Source: an uncultured bacterium
GTDB taxonomy: Bacteria > Acidobacteriota > Aminicenantia > UBA2199
Assembly: GCA_965603365.1 (NCBI GenBank)
Contig: CBFDCR010000004.1
Span: forward strand, 21,260-85,259
Reading direction: 5' to 3'
DNA length: 64,000 nucleotides
Shown: piece by piece, positions 50,778 through 60,019 of the stretch
Layout: each line of letters opens with the position of its first letter
Position numbering within the stretch: position 1 is the first letter of the stretch
Made by a program: the position numbers and the translations under genes
Notes under the pieces: model-generated
Databases searched by the model: none
What the model was told of the DNA's origin: nothing
What the model saw: the letters and a program-made list of their open reading frames with translations, nothing else

Positions 50778-51060
50778 GTTGGATGCTTTTTAGGGTTGTC
50801 AGTCGTTCATTTAGTTTGCTGAAGAGGTGGTATTCACCGGCCCATTCTACATACTCCATGTCCTTATCCTCTAAGTCTTCGGCAGTCCACTCTTTTATAA
50901 ACCTTTTTGAGGAAATATTGTATTTCTGCTCAAACTTCTTGAGTCGTCTCAAGGCAATATCTAAACTGTGCTGCACCCTTAAAGTTTCTAATTCAATGGC
51001 CTCTCTTAACACTTTTGATGCCTCTTGCGGCCGATTGGTTCTAAGCAAAATTTGCGCCAT
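50764..51060 (-). CDS. hypothetical small helical protein, upstream gene of a TA-like pair
   Basis: 98 aa, overlaps the downstream gene; predicted helical. Confidence 0.4.
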   Translation of the reverse strand: MAQILLRTNRPQEASKVLREAIELETLRVQHSLDIALRRLKKFEQKYNISSKRFIKEWTAEDLEDKDMEYVEWAGEYHLFSKLNERLTTLKSIQHVSS

Positions 51061-51154
51061 GACTGCCTCCAGTATAACATCGAATTCAGACAGTAGTATA
51101 TTATAATAAATTCAAGCTTATTTCAACCGCTCTTCCCGGCAATTTAGAACAGAT

Positions 51155-51235
51155 TTTTTGCCTGGCACCGCAACACACGAAACCCGAAGTAGCTGCCCCT
51201 GAAATTGGGGTAGAAGTCGTAGAAGCGGGTAAACA
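51155..51235 (-). repeat. ~80-bp remnant of an FGE/SUMF1-domain gene 3' end (copy 1; direct repeat of 52240-52315)
   Basis: The minus strand encodes ...RFYDFYPNFRGSYFGFRVLRC*, parallel to the C-terminus ...CYFVPHFWNDYAFGFRVVRCRL* of the 52239-52610 pseudogene; both share a core CACAACACGAAACCCGAAG. Confidence 0.6.
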
Positions 51236-51344
51236 AATAGGGGACATACAAATAATTGACATTAAAGATTAGTTATTGACAAAAGATGGATTTGCATCTA
51301 TATTATTATTGAATAAATTAGATGCACTATTGGAGGTTTATCGG

Positions 51345-51593
51345 GTGATTGCGATAGAATTTGAAACAGAATCAAAGGCCGGTATGATTAAAATCCCGGA
51401 GGAGTATCAAAAAATGATGGGGGGAAAGGTAAAAATCATCATGTTGAAAGAGGCAGAAAATGTTGACTCCCGGAAAAAAGACCAGATTTCCAACATAAAA
51501 CAATGTTTGAGGGAGATTCGAGAGAAAAACATATTTGCCCACATCAAAAATCCGGTAGAATGGCAGCGAAATCTTAGAGATGAGTGGCAGTAA
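51345..51593 (+). CDS. vapB: AbrB/MazE-fold antitoxin (VapB-like)
   Basis: GTG start 51345 with a GGAGG RBS; SpoVT/AbrB-like MIKIPEEYQKMMGGKVKIIMLKE; overlaps the vapC start by 14 nt. Confidence 0.6.
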   Translation: MIAIEFETESKAGMIKIPEEYQKMMGGKVKIIMLKEAENVDSRKKDQISNIKQCLREIREKNIFAHIKNPVEWQRNLRDEWQ

Positions 51594-52002
51594 AGTTTTA
51601 ATCGACAGCAATATCATCATTTACCTTTCAAAAGGAGTGCTGGAAATAGAAGAAATCGCCAATCACTATGATGAACTCTGTATCTCAATTATCACCTATA
51701 TGGAAGTATTGGGTTTCCAATTTCCGGATCAAGACGAATTAGAAACGACAAAAAACTTATTGAATCATTTTAAAATTATCTATATCAATAGGGAAATAGC
51801 CGAGAATGTAATTTCAGTTAGACAAAAGAAGACAATAAAACTGCCTGATGCGATCATCCTGGCAACCGCAATATTTTTAGAAGGTGATCTATGCACCAGA
51901 AATGAAAGTGATTTTTTAAACATTTCGGAAAACATAAGAATCGTGAATCCCTTCAAACAACCAAAAACATTGACAGACACAAAAACAGACGCATCCAGTT
52001 GA
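51580..52002 (+). CDS. vapC: PIN-domain ribonuclease toxin VapC
   Basis: LIDSNIIIY (Asp-1), ...YMEVL..., DAIILATA, TRNESDF acidic quartet. Confidence 0.85.
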   Translation: MSGSKVLIDSNIIIYLSKGVLEIEEIANHYDELCISIITYMEVLGFQFPDQDELETTKNLLNHFKIIYINREIAENVISVRQKKTIKLPDAIILATAIFLEGDLCTRNESDFLNISENIRIVNPFKQPKTLTDTKTDASS

Positions 52003-52108
52003 AATAAATTGGACAAAATAATAAGGGACACACCACATTATCCCTACACTATCTCTGCCCCACTACAAACAACCGGCGTAAAAAAAAATACATATTTTTA
52101 TCAATGTA

Positions 52109-52131
52109 CGGGCGTTTTAATAAAACGCCCC
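52109..52131. terminator. bidirectional terminator-like hairpin GGGCGTTTTA-AT-AAAACGCCC
   Basis: Perfect 10-bp inverted repeat between vapC and the FGE remnant; A/T tracts on both sides but not immediately adjacent. Confidence 0.35.
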
Positions 52132-52238
52132 AGGAATAGGGCCAAAGGGATCAGGACGCCGCTGGATGTTGACGTCGGCACAACTGCGGCGGGTCCAGAG
52201 TTTCAGATGGACAGAGTAACAGAGTACCAGCGGAGACC

Positions 52239-52610
52239 CTACAACCGGCACCGCACAACACGAAACCCGAAGGCGTAGTCGTTCCAGAAATGAGGGACGA
52301 AGTAGCAGCGGGCGGAACAACGGAGGTTGACTTCATCGTAGATCCACGAGCCGCCGCGCAGCGCACGGGCATCTTCATCTTTATCATCCCAATTCTCCAT
52401 CCACTCCCAGACATTGCCGGCCATGTCCATTAAGCCCTCCGGGTAGCGGCCCTCCGGCGTGGTGGCGTCCACGTTTTGACCGTAATTGGCCAGGCTGGGG
52501 TTGGGTTCGCCCTTATCCTTTGGCCAGACGTGCCTCTCTGCCGGCTGCCTCGGCAACGATATCTTCGGCACGGTCCCTGTTGGCCCGATCCCAGGTCTCC
52601 TTGTCCGCAT
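52239..52610 (-). pseudogene. truncated formylglycine-generating-enzyme (FGE/SUMF1) domain remnant
   Basis: C-terminal FGE motifs GNVWEWMENW, LRGGSW, RCSARCYF, GFRVVR. The N-terminal half of the domain is absent, with a stop immediately upstream of the first Met, and the LPTEAEWE region is degenerate. Confidence 0.65.
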
Positions 52611-52934
52611 CCCTTATGGCCTGGAAGGCATCCGGCCGATCAATGCCTGCAACCGGTCGTCCGACTTATGGGTCTCCTTGACCAGTTGCAGGGCCGCCCA
52701 CACTGTCCAAACACTCTTTCTGCCCAACGACTTTTTCCTCATAACGATTCCCCTACACGATTCTTTTATTTATTGCCCAAGCCTAAACTAAATTTTAGGC
52801 GAAACCACCGCCAGATGTCAAGACAAATAAACAAATAAACCCAATTTACCGCAGGATGTTGAGCCAAAAGGGGGGAAGAGGGAACAAACGGGGCAGGCGG
52901 GAATTTTGGGGCAGGGAAACGGAGGGGATGGCGG

Positions 52935-54320
52935 TTAATTGACCGGTAGGCCTATCTGGCGGAGCGGAGTATGGGGCGGCGTGATTAGCGAGTTCTGTAA
53001 CTTTTCTATAAGAGACTCGAGGGGATGGGCGGACATCAACAGGAAGAGGCTGGCGGCGTGGTTCTTAAAGTCTTTTAGAAACACCTCTTTGACCGGTCTT
53101 TTGGTGGGAGATTTGAGGCGCAGGGGATTGATATAACGGTTATCTTTCTGAAGTCCGTAGTGGAGGTGGGGCCCCGTGGTCCTGCCGGTACTGCCCACAT
53201 AGCCGATGACCTGGGCCTGCTGCACCCGCACGCCCGGCGTGACGCCCCCTTTGATGCCGGTAAGGTGATAATAGTGACTAACATAGCCGTTGCTGTGCCG
53301 CAGGATGATGTGCCTTCCCTTGACAGGACCATAACCCGTCTTTCTCACCACCCCGCTGGCGGTGGCCCGCACCTTCGTGCCCACCGGCGCCCCTAAATCG
53401 ACACCATAGTGACGGGCGGAAAACCCCCGGACCGGGTGCCGCCGCAAACCATACCCGGAGGTCACCTGCATGAAGGGCAGAGGACAACGCAGAAACATCT
53501 TTCTGACCGAGCGGCCGTCGGGATGGTAATAGGCGACCCGGCCCTCCGGGTCGGTATAGCGCACCACCCGGATGGGCTTACCCCTATTCACAAATTCCGC
53601 AGCCAGTATGTTGCCATACCGGAAAAACAGGCCCCGTAAATATTTCTTTTCCACCAGCACCATAAAGGAGTCGTCTTCCCATATATCCCGGTTAAAATCG
53701 ATATCGTACTCGTAAAGAGAGGCCAGGAGTTCGGCCAGCTCCGGGTGTTCCCCGGCCGCGGTGACGGCCTCAAACAGGGAAAGGCGAATCTGCCCCTTAA
53801 CCACTGCCAATTCCGTTCGGTAGGGAATCTTTACAATCTGCCCGGCAAATCCCCCCTCATGCTCCCGCACCAGGAGATATTGATCCGCATCGATTTCATA
53901 GGTAAATTCCTTAATCTTGCCGTCCTCAATCGTCAGCGCGTACTCCTGACCTGCCCGGATCTTCCGTAAGTTGTAGATCGGCTTAATATTGGTGACCAGT
54001 AAAAAAGCCTTCCTATAATCGATACCCTCCCGCTGTAATACCGACATAATCGTATCGCCCCGTTGAAACGGCCCGCCGATTTTAACAACAGTCGGCTGTT
54101 CTTCCTGCTTTGGCCCACTCTCTTTCCGGGGTAATTCATTTGGGGTCTTTACCTGTCTATCTATCGCCTCCCCCGGGCCGATAAACGAAACAAACCATAC
54201 CACCGCCGCTGTCAGCAGCAGGGAAATGCCGCCCAAAAACAATATGGCTTCTTTCTTCTCTAAAAAGAGCCGCCGCAACGAATGCATAAAACGCATGCAA
54301 TATTTTAAACCATATGGCAT
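52935..54320 (-). CDS. M23-family metallopeptidase (LytM/NlpD-like) with N-terminal membrane anchor
   Basis: HYGVDLGAPVGTKVRATASG...HLHYGL M23 signature (HxxxD...HxH); N-terminal TM helix. Confidence 0.85.
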   Translation of the reverse strand: MPYGLKYCMRFMHSLRRLFLEKKEAILFLGGISLLLTAAVVWFVSFIGPGEAIDRQVKTPNELPRKESGPKQEEQPTVVKIGGPFQRGDTIMSVLQREGIDYRKAFLLVTNIKPIYNLRKIRAGQEYALTIEDGKIKEFTYEIDADQYLLVREHEGGFAGQIVKIPYRTELAVVKGQIRLSLFEAVTAAGEHPELAELLASLYEYDIDFNRDIWEDDSFMVLVEKKYLRGLFFRYGNILAAEFVNRGKPIRVVRYTDPEGRVAYYHPDGRSVRKMFLRCPLPFMQVTSGYGLRRHPVRGFSARHYGVDLGAPVGTKVRATASGVVRKTGYGPVKGRHIILRHSNGYVSHYYHLTGIKGGVTPGVRVQQAQVIGYVGSTGRTTGPHLHYGLQKDNRYINPLRLKSPTKRPVKEVFLKDFKNHAASLFLLMSAHPLESLIEKLQNSLITPPHTPLRQIGLPVN

Positions 54321-54345
54321 CTACATGCAAGTGTATAAAATTTCT

Positions 54346-54741
54346 TCATTCCTCCAACAATTCAAAATGGGGAAGATCGTGAAAATTTTGATCTTTGAGA
54401 TCCATATCTCCATCCCAGTCCGCTCCACATCGAATAGGAATATCCATCATAGCGGCAATCCCCCTGACAATACCCACAAACATATAGAATCGGTTGTGAT
54501 CATACCAATCAAGGGGATATGGTACTACATCGGCAGCCAGGGAAGGCGTTTTGTTGTGTTTACTGTTGGGGAATTTTAATTTTGAATGGCCCTTGTGATA
54601 AGCCTCGTCCTGCTCCTCCTGTCCCCTGTGACCACATATCACACTGCAATCATAATGCTTAATCACTTCATTAAATAGTTTTTGCAGTTTCTTATGACAT
54701 GTCTCCAAATTTTTTTTTGATCTCTCTCCAAATTTATACAT
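54346..54741 (-). CDS. peptidase M15A-like (VanY/L-alanyl-D-glutamate peptidase-like) cell-wall hydrolase
   Basis: GHRGQEEQDEAYHKGHSKLKFPNSKHNKTPSLAADVVP (SxHxxGxAxD zinc motif) and C-terminal DLPHFEL; low GC. Confidence 0.65.
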   Translation of the reverse strand: MYKFGERSKKNLETCHKKLQKLFNEVIKHYDCSVICGHRGQEEQDEAYHKGHSKLKFPNSKHNKTPSLAADVVPYPLDWYDHNRFYMFVGIVRGIAAMMDIPIRCGADWDGDMDLKDQNFHDLPHFELLEE

Positions 54742-55341
54742 TTTTACCTCCTATGTTTGCTTTTATCAAATATTTATCATTAATCATTTTTGTCCTTATC
54801 TTCCACATAGCGGCTTCAATTGAAATTATATCCTAAAAAAAACTATTTTTCCAGAAAATAATTCCCCCCTCTTCCCCGACAGAAACAACCTTAGCAGAAA
54901 ACGCATAAAACTCACGGGCCGTTTACAGACATGAAGACTTTTCAGAGATTTGCCGACAACTTGAAGTATCTGCGCAGAGAGGTAATGGCCGCTGCCGGAT
55001 TGGCAGGATATAGAACCGTTTCTTTACAAGAAGAGTTGTATCGGCTGGCTCTACGACGAACTCACCCGGAAATAGTTGGGAATTAACAAAAACAGGTCTT
55101 ATAACAGGTTCCCCTCTAATCCTGAAAAAATCAAGAAAAATACCGCGAATCTATTGAAATATCTCCATATTTCTTTTAGAATATCTTTTCAGTAGTTTAG
55201 AATTTGTAAAAGAGTGATGATGGACAATAAAAAGCTAAATGAGTGGATTGAAATTATAAAGAGAACAAGTATGCATGAAAGGCGGACCATTGAAGGTAAA
55301 ATTGAATCTTAAATCTGGTTTTCGAGGGAGAGAAATTAATA

Positions 55342-56697
55342 ATGGCGATAGAGCTAAATGATTATTTAGTAAATAGCTGGACCCATAAAAGGGAACTAAA
55401 CGACAAAATAAAACTTACTATTCTGGCTGCCGGTTTAGGAAAGAGAATGGATCCGCTCACCGCTTACCACCTTCCTAAGCCTATGTTTCCTATTGGGGGC
55501 AGTGTACCTATGACAGAAATTTGGGTTAGAAGAGCTGTGAAATCCGGCATTACCGATATCTCCATGAATTTATGCGTGCTTAGTAATACTATTAAGAATC
55601 ATTTTAAAAACGGGGCCAGGTTTGGCGCCCATATAAATTATGTAGAAGAAGATATTCCATCCGGAACTCTTGGAGGCGTTTGCAAACAAGCATTGGGAAA
55701 TAAAGCCAGGCAAGCCTTTGAAAACGAAAGGATGCCTGAAATAGAGGCATTTAAGGGGACAACGATCATTGCGCCCAGCGGTGATATTATCACCAATTTT
55801 GAATCTGAATTGTTAGAGGAAATGTATGAGATTCATAAAAAAAAGGGATCTGCATTTACTATGGTCCTGACCCCTATTCCCTGGGAAAAAAGAGGTGAAT
55901 TCGGAACAGTAGAGCTTGAATCCCCTGGAAATTTAAAAGGTGCTATCTCAAAATCAGGAAAAATCGTAAATTTCAGGGAAAAAGATCCTGATTCTCCCAG
56001 CAATTTAAACAATGCATCTATTTATATGATAGAAATGGACTTATTAAAAGCTCTTGACCCCCTTCGCACCCCGGCAAATCTCCAGAGCCGGGAGCCATTT
56101 TACGATTTTGGTAAACATGTTTTCCCGGCAATGTTAAACCGGCTTAAATATGTACAGTTGCCAAAAGACTTTTTATTGTGGGGCATCCAGTATGATGGAT
56201 TATGGTTTGACGTGGGTAGAAAACGGGATTACCTGAATGTGAATAAATCCTTCCTGGATGGAGATTTCGATCTGGAAATCCCTTACGAAAAACTACCCTG
56301 GGGATACCTGGGCACCAATGTAGCCATCGACTTTTCTAAGGTTACCATTATCCCGCCGGTAATCATTGGTAACGACTGTATTATCGCACCAGAGACAAGA
56401 ATTGGACCATACGCGATTATCGGGGACGGCTGGACAATAGAACGAAAAGCCTGCATCAGCAACTCCGTTTTATGGAAACGCTATGCGTATTTTCCCAATA
56501 AGGGAGATCAAATATCGGTTAATGAAAGAAAAGTGGATGACATGCACCAGGTACGGAGAGGCGTGACGATCGATGAATGTATTATCGTGGGCGGAACGAT
56601 TGAAAGTGATTTGCGGGAAAAAACGGTAGATGTCCTCCAGGACGGCCAAACAGAAATCATTCCCATCGACTGGATACCCAACGAAACAAGAGCTTAA
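55342..56697 (+). CDS. sugar-phosphate nucleotidyltransferase with C-terminal left-handed beta-helix (NDP-sugar pyrophosphorylase family)
   Basis: ILAAGLGKRMDPLT...PKPMFPIGG (G-x-G-x-R nucleotidyltransferase motif); C-terminal hexapeptide repeats VIIGNDCIIAPETRIGPYAIIGDGWTI; low GC. Confidence 0.75.
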   Translation: MAIELNDYLVNSWTHKRELNDKIKLTILAAGLGKRMDPLTAYHLPKPMFPIGGSVPMTEIWVRRAVKSGITDISMNLCVLSNTIKNHFKNGARFGAHINYVEEDIPSGTLGGVCKQALGNKARQAFENERMPEIEAFKGTTIIAPSGDIITNFESELLEEMYEIHKKKGSAFTMVLTPIPWEKRGEFGTVELESPGNLKGAISKSGKIVNFREKDPDSPSNLNNASIYMIEMDLLKALDPLRTPANLQSREPFYDFGKHVFPAMLNRLKYVQLPKDFLLWGIQYDGLWFDVGRKRDYLNVNKSFLDGDFDLEIPYEKLPWGYLGTNVAIDFSKVTIIPPVIIGNDCIIAPETRIGPYAIIGDGWTIERKACISNSVLWKRYAYFPNKGDQISVNERKVDDMHQVRRGVTIDECIIVGGTIESDLREKTVDVLQDGQTEIIPIDWIPNETRA

Positions 56698-56766
56698 ATG
56701 AAAGACAATTTAAAAAAAATAAAATTCTCGTGAATTATTACATTTTTGATAAGGGGAGTGTTTATC

Positions 56767-57693
56767 CTATTTGTTTACCTGGAAGGTGGTGTCGCCTTGC
56801 TCGAAGTAGCCGATGATCTGGTTGATGGCGGCAATGCCGGCATTGATGTTGGCCTCTGCGGTCTGGGCCCCCATCTTCTTGGGAGTGAAATAGGAGCGGC
56901 CCGGGTAGTTGGATTCGATCTCTTCCCGGCAGTCGGGGGCAACGTCGGCAATGTACTTAAAATCCTGTCTTTGGGCAAACATCTTTAACAGGGAGCCCTC
57001 ACAGATAATCTCCTTTCTGGCCGGGTTGACCAGTACCGGGTTTTCCGGCATCTTCGACATCAGGTCGTAGTTGATGGAGCCTTTGGTCTCATCGTTGGCG
57101 GGAATGTGCAGCGAAACATACTGGCAGGTCTCAAAAAGCTCCTCCACCAAGTCGACGCAGGTAACCCCGGCCTCCTCGATGACTGCTCGGTCGATATAGG
57201 GATCGAAGGCATACACCTCCATGCCGAAGCCTCCGGCGATGCGGGCCACCTGTTTGCCCACGTTGCCGAAGGCATGGAGTCCCAACTTTTTGCCCTTCAA
57301 TTCGGTGCCCGGTTTGCCGTTAAAACAGCCCCTGGCCAGGTAGACCATCATGCCCAGGGCCAGTTCGGCCACGGCATTGGCGTTCTGACCCGGGGTATTC
57401 ATCACCACCACACCATTGTGGCTGGCCGTCTCCAGGTCGATGTTGTCGTAGCCCGCCCCGGCCCGCACCACGATCTTCAGATTTTGGGCGGCCTCCAGTA
57501 CCTCTTTGTCCACCTGATCGCTGCGCACGATCAAGGCATCGGCATCGGCCACCGCCTTGACCAGATCGGCCTGCCCGGCATACTTTTCCAGCAAGACCAT
57601 TTCATAGTCGGCCCTGTCGATGATCTCTTTAATATTATCCACCGCCTTTTTGGCGAACGGTTTAACGGTTGCTACCAATACTTTTTTGGCCAT
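56767..57693 (-). CDS. D-isomer-specific 2-hydroxyacid dehydrogenase (phosphoglycerate dehydrogenase-like)
   Basis: GLHAFGNVGKQVARIAGGFGMEV NAD-binding motif; catalytic R/E/H layout of the family. Confidence 0.8.
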   Translation of the reverse strand: MAKKVLVATVKPFAKKAVDNIKEIIDRADYEMVLLEKYAGQADLVKAVADADALIVRSDQVDKEVLEAAQNLKIVVRAGAGYDNIDLETASHNGVVVMNTPGQNANAVAELALGMMVYLARGCFNGKPGTELKGKKLGLHAFGNVGKQVARIAGGFGMEVYAFDPYIDRAVIEEAGVTCVDLVEELFETCQYVSLHIPANDETKGSINYDLMSKMPENPVLVNPARKEIICEGSLLKMFAQRQDFKYIADVAPDCREEIESNYPGRSYFTPKKMGAQTAEANINAGIAAINQIIGYFEQGDTTFQVNK

Positions 57694-57806
57694 GTGTCAC
57701 CCCTGTTGTTATAATTAAAAATATATTCATATGTGATTTTAGCATGGGGCAGACAAAAGTCAACACTCCATACAAAAAATTTTCAGGAACAGTTAACCGG
57801 AATTCT

Positions 57807-59939
57807 TCAGCGGATATTTAGACGTTTTAGCGAATGGTAAAATGTGCCGGCAAAAAGGTCATCCCCATTAACAGTCAGGCAGCTAACAGGAACCGCCAGA
57901 TCTCCAACCTGTTCCCAGCCGGTGCCGATAAGGCGATAGACTGCGCCGCTGTTGGGTAGAGGTCCATGGGTGATGCCCAAATACAGACAGCCGGTTTCGG
58001 GATCCATCGTAATGCCTTCGCCATTATAGTAATCCCAATTCAGTTGTGGGGGCAGCCCCTCTGACATTGGAAACCAGTTCTCGCCCCGGTCCGTACTTTT
58101 ATAAACAGGTGATGGGGCAGGAAATTCGGGGTTTTCTGATTGAACACCGATATAAACAATATCAGGCTCAAAAAGATCACCAAAAATCGGTCCTAAATGA
58201 CTGTTGGCAGGGTTATTCCAGGTCCTCATCCAGGTTTCACCGCCATCGCTGCTCCGATAAAATCCATACCCCTGACCGGCGGACACACAGGCATAAACGA
58301 TTTCAGGGTCTAGCGGATCTAAAGCCAGTTCCAGTTCAGAAGCGATGATGGAGCTAAAGTTGAGGCCCTCAAGCCTGGCCCACGATGTACCATGATCGAC
58401 GCTTTTATAGATCCTGGCCTGTCCCTGGCCATATGGTGTTGAGCCGCTGATGGCAACGTAAATTTCCCCCGCTCCGTGAACCACATCGGTTACCTGGACG
58501 TAAGCGGTATCGGGAAGCAGATGACTGATATCTTCCCAGTAATATGCGCCATCGCCGCTTCTAAAGAGTCCCTGCTCCGGCTGCAAATTGTAATTGGCCC
58601 CGGCATAAATAGTATTGGCATCGTGGGGATCAATGGCCAATGAGGTTACCCACAGATTCTTTAACCCTTCGAGGCGTCCCTGCCATTGGGAGCCCGATAC
58701 TCTTTTGAATACGCCGCTGTGACTGCCGGAGGCATAGATGACATCAGGTCGAAGTGGATCAGCCACAATGTCGGATATGGGAATACCGGTAATGCCCAGG
58801 TTTTTTTCTTTCCAGGAATCACCCTTGTCTACGCTCTTGTAAACGCCATTGTATTCGTTGCCGTAATAACAGGCGGCATATACACATCTATCCTGGTCTA
58901 CCAGCACATCCCGGATGTATCCCTTTTCAAGACCTATATTTCTCAATTCCCACCATTCGCCCGCATCGATGCTCCGGTACAAATTCCTGAAATCACCATG
59001 GACACTATGATAGCCCCCTGCATAAACAATATTCGTATCTTCCGGATCGATTGCGATTGAAACGACGTAGTCTCCTTTATGGCCGGCATCGTATTGGAAC
59101 CAGTAATCTCCGCCATCCTTTGTTTTATAAATCTGGGGCTGCTCATAGAGGTGAAAACCGGCATACAGGATCTTTGGATTCCCGGGCTCCATCGCGATGT
59201 CCCGGGGCGTGCCGGGAAGACCATTACCGATTTGTGTCCAGGTCTGTCCGCCGTCATTACTCCTATGTACGAGGTCGCCGGAAACATAGAACGTATAGTG
59301 GGTAAGACCCGGTGCGATTTCAATATCGGTGGCGCTGCGATAGCCGTAAGACTCTACCGGCGTCCAATGCTGGCCATTATCCCCGCTCTTAAAGAGGCCG
59401 TGTGTTCTACTCCACTCCATTCCAGCCTGACCATAATATACAAAACCGCTGGCCGGATCGACCACGAGGCAGTAGGCGGTAGTGAGCGGTATAGCCGAGG
59501 CGATAAATTCCCAGGTGTCCCCCGAATCGGTGGAACGCCAGACCCCGCCCGGCACCTGGCTTACGGCATAGACCAGTTCCGGGTGATGGGGATCGACGGC
59601 CATATCCTTTATCCAGAGGGGCATTTCCTCTCCGAGACCATAATTAACCTGCTTCCAGCTTTCCCCGCCATCGATGGTGCGATATATCCCACTTCCATAG
59701 GTGCCTAAAAATAATCTGCCCGGGTTTTGAGGGTCCACCGCCAGGCAGACGCCGTCACAGCCCCAGGGGCCTTCAGCCTGCCAATACTCATCTTTAATGT
59801 CCGATTCCCTGTCACTTTTTTCCTGGGGTAAACGAATCACTGCGGCATTTGACCACACAATTGTTAGAATAAAAATGACTCCGATTAAACCGGTAAAAAA
59901 GATTTTTTTCTTCATGTTGCCTCCTTTTTTTATTACCAT
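57807..59939 (-). CDS. secreted BNR/Asp-box (sortilin/Ycf48-like) beta-propeller repeat protein
   Basis: Signal peptide; many S.DGG.TW / S.D.G.TW repeats (TIDGGESWKQ, STDSGDTWEF, SGDNGQHWTP, SNDGGQTWTQ, TKDGGDYW, SVDKGDSW, SVDHGTSW, SSDGGETW, STDRGENW). Confidence 0.75.
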   Translation of the reverse strand: MVIKKGGNMKKKIFFTGLIGVIFILTIVWSNAAVIRLPQEKSDRESDIKDEYWQAEGPWGCDGVCLAVDPQNPGRLFLGTYGSGIYRTIDGGESWKQVNYGLGEEMPLWIKDMAVDPHHPELVYAVSQVPGGVWRSTDSGDTWEFIASAIPLTTAYCLVVDPASGFVYYGQAGMEWSRTHGLFKSGDNGQHWTPVESYGYRSATDIEIAPGLTHYTFYVSGDLVHRSNDGGQTWTQIGNGLPGTPRDIAMEPGNPKILYAGFHLYEQPQIYKTKDGGDYWFQYDAGHKGDYVVSIAIDPEDTNIVYAGGYHSVHGDFRNLYRSIDAGEWWELRNIGLEKGYIRDVLVDQDRCVYAACYYGNEYNGVYKSVDKGDSWKEKNLGITGIPISDIVADPLRPDVIYASGSHSGVFKRVSGSQWQGRLEGLKNLWVTSLAIDPHDANTIYAGANYNLQPEQGLFRSGDGAYYWEDISHLLPDTAYVQVTDVVHGAGEIYVAISGSTPYGQGQARIYKSVDHGTSWARLEGLNFSSIIASELELALDPLDPEIVYACVSAGQGYGFYRSSDGGETWMRTWNNPANSHLGPIFGDLFEPDIVYIGVQSENPEFPAPSPVYKSTDRGENWFPMSEGLPPQLNWDYYNGEGITMDPETGCLYLGITHGPLPNSGAVYRLIGTGWEQVGDLAVPVSCLTVNGDDLFAGTFYHSLKRLNIR

Positions 59940-60019
59940 TAATAAAATCCTCTGATTAAAATATTATATTAATTTAACAAGAATTTCAAGCCCCCAAAAT
60001 GGTGTCGAGGAGTTATCCC

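Noticed and set aside
54900-55100. 50-aa ORF (MKTFQRFADNLKYLRRE...) resembling the N-terminus of an XRE-type HTH regulator
   Set aside because: The match to the HTH pattern degrades after ~15 residues and the ORF is very short. Possibly a decayed regulator fragment, so not annotated
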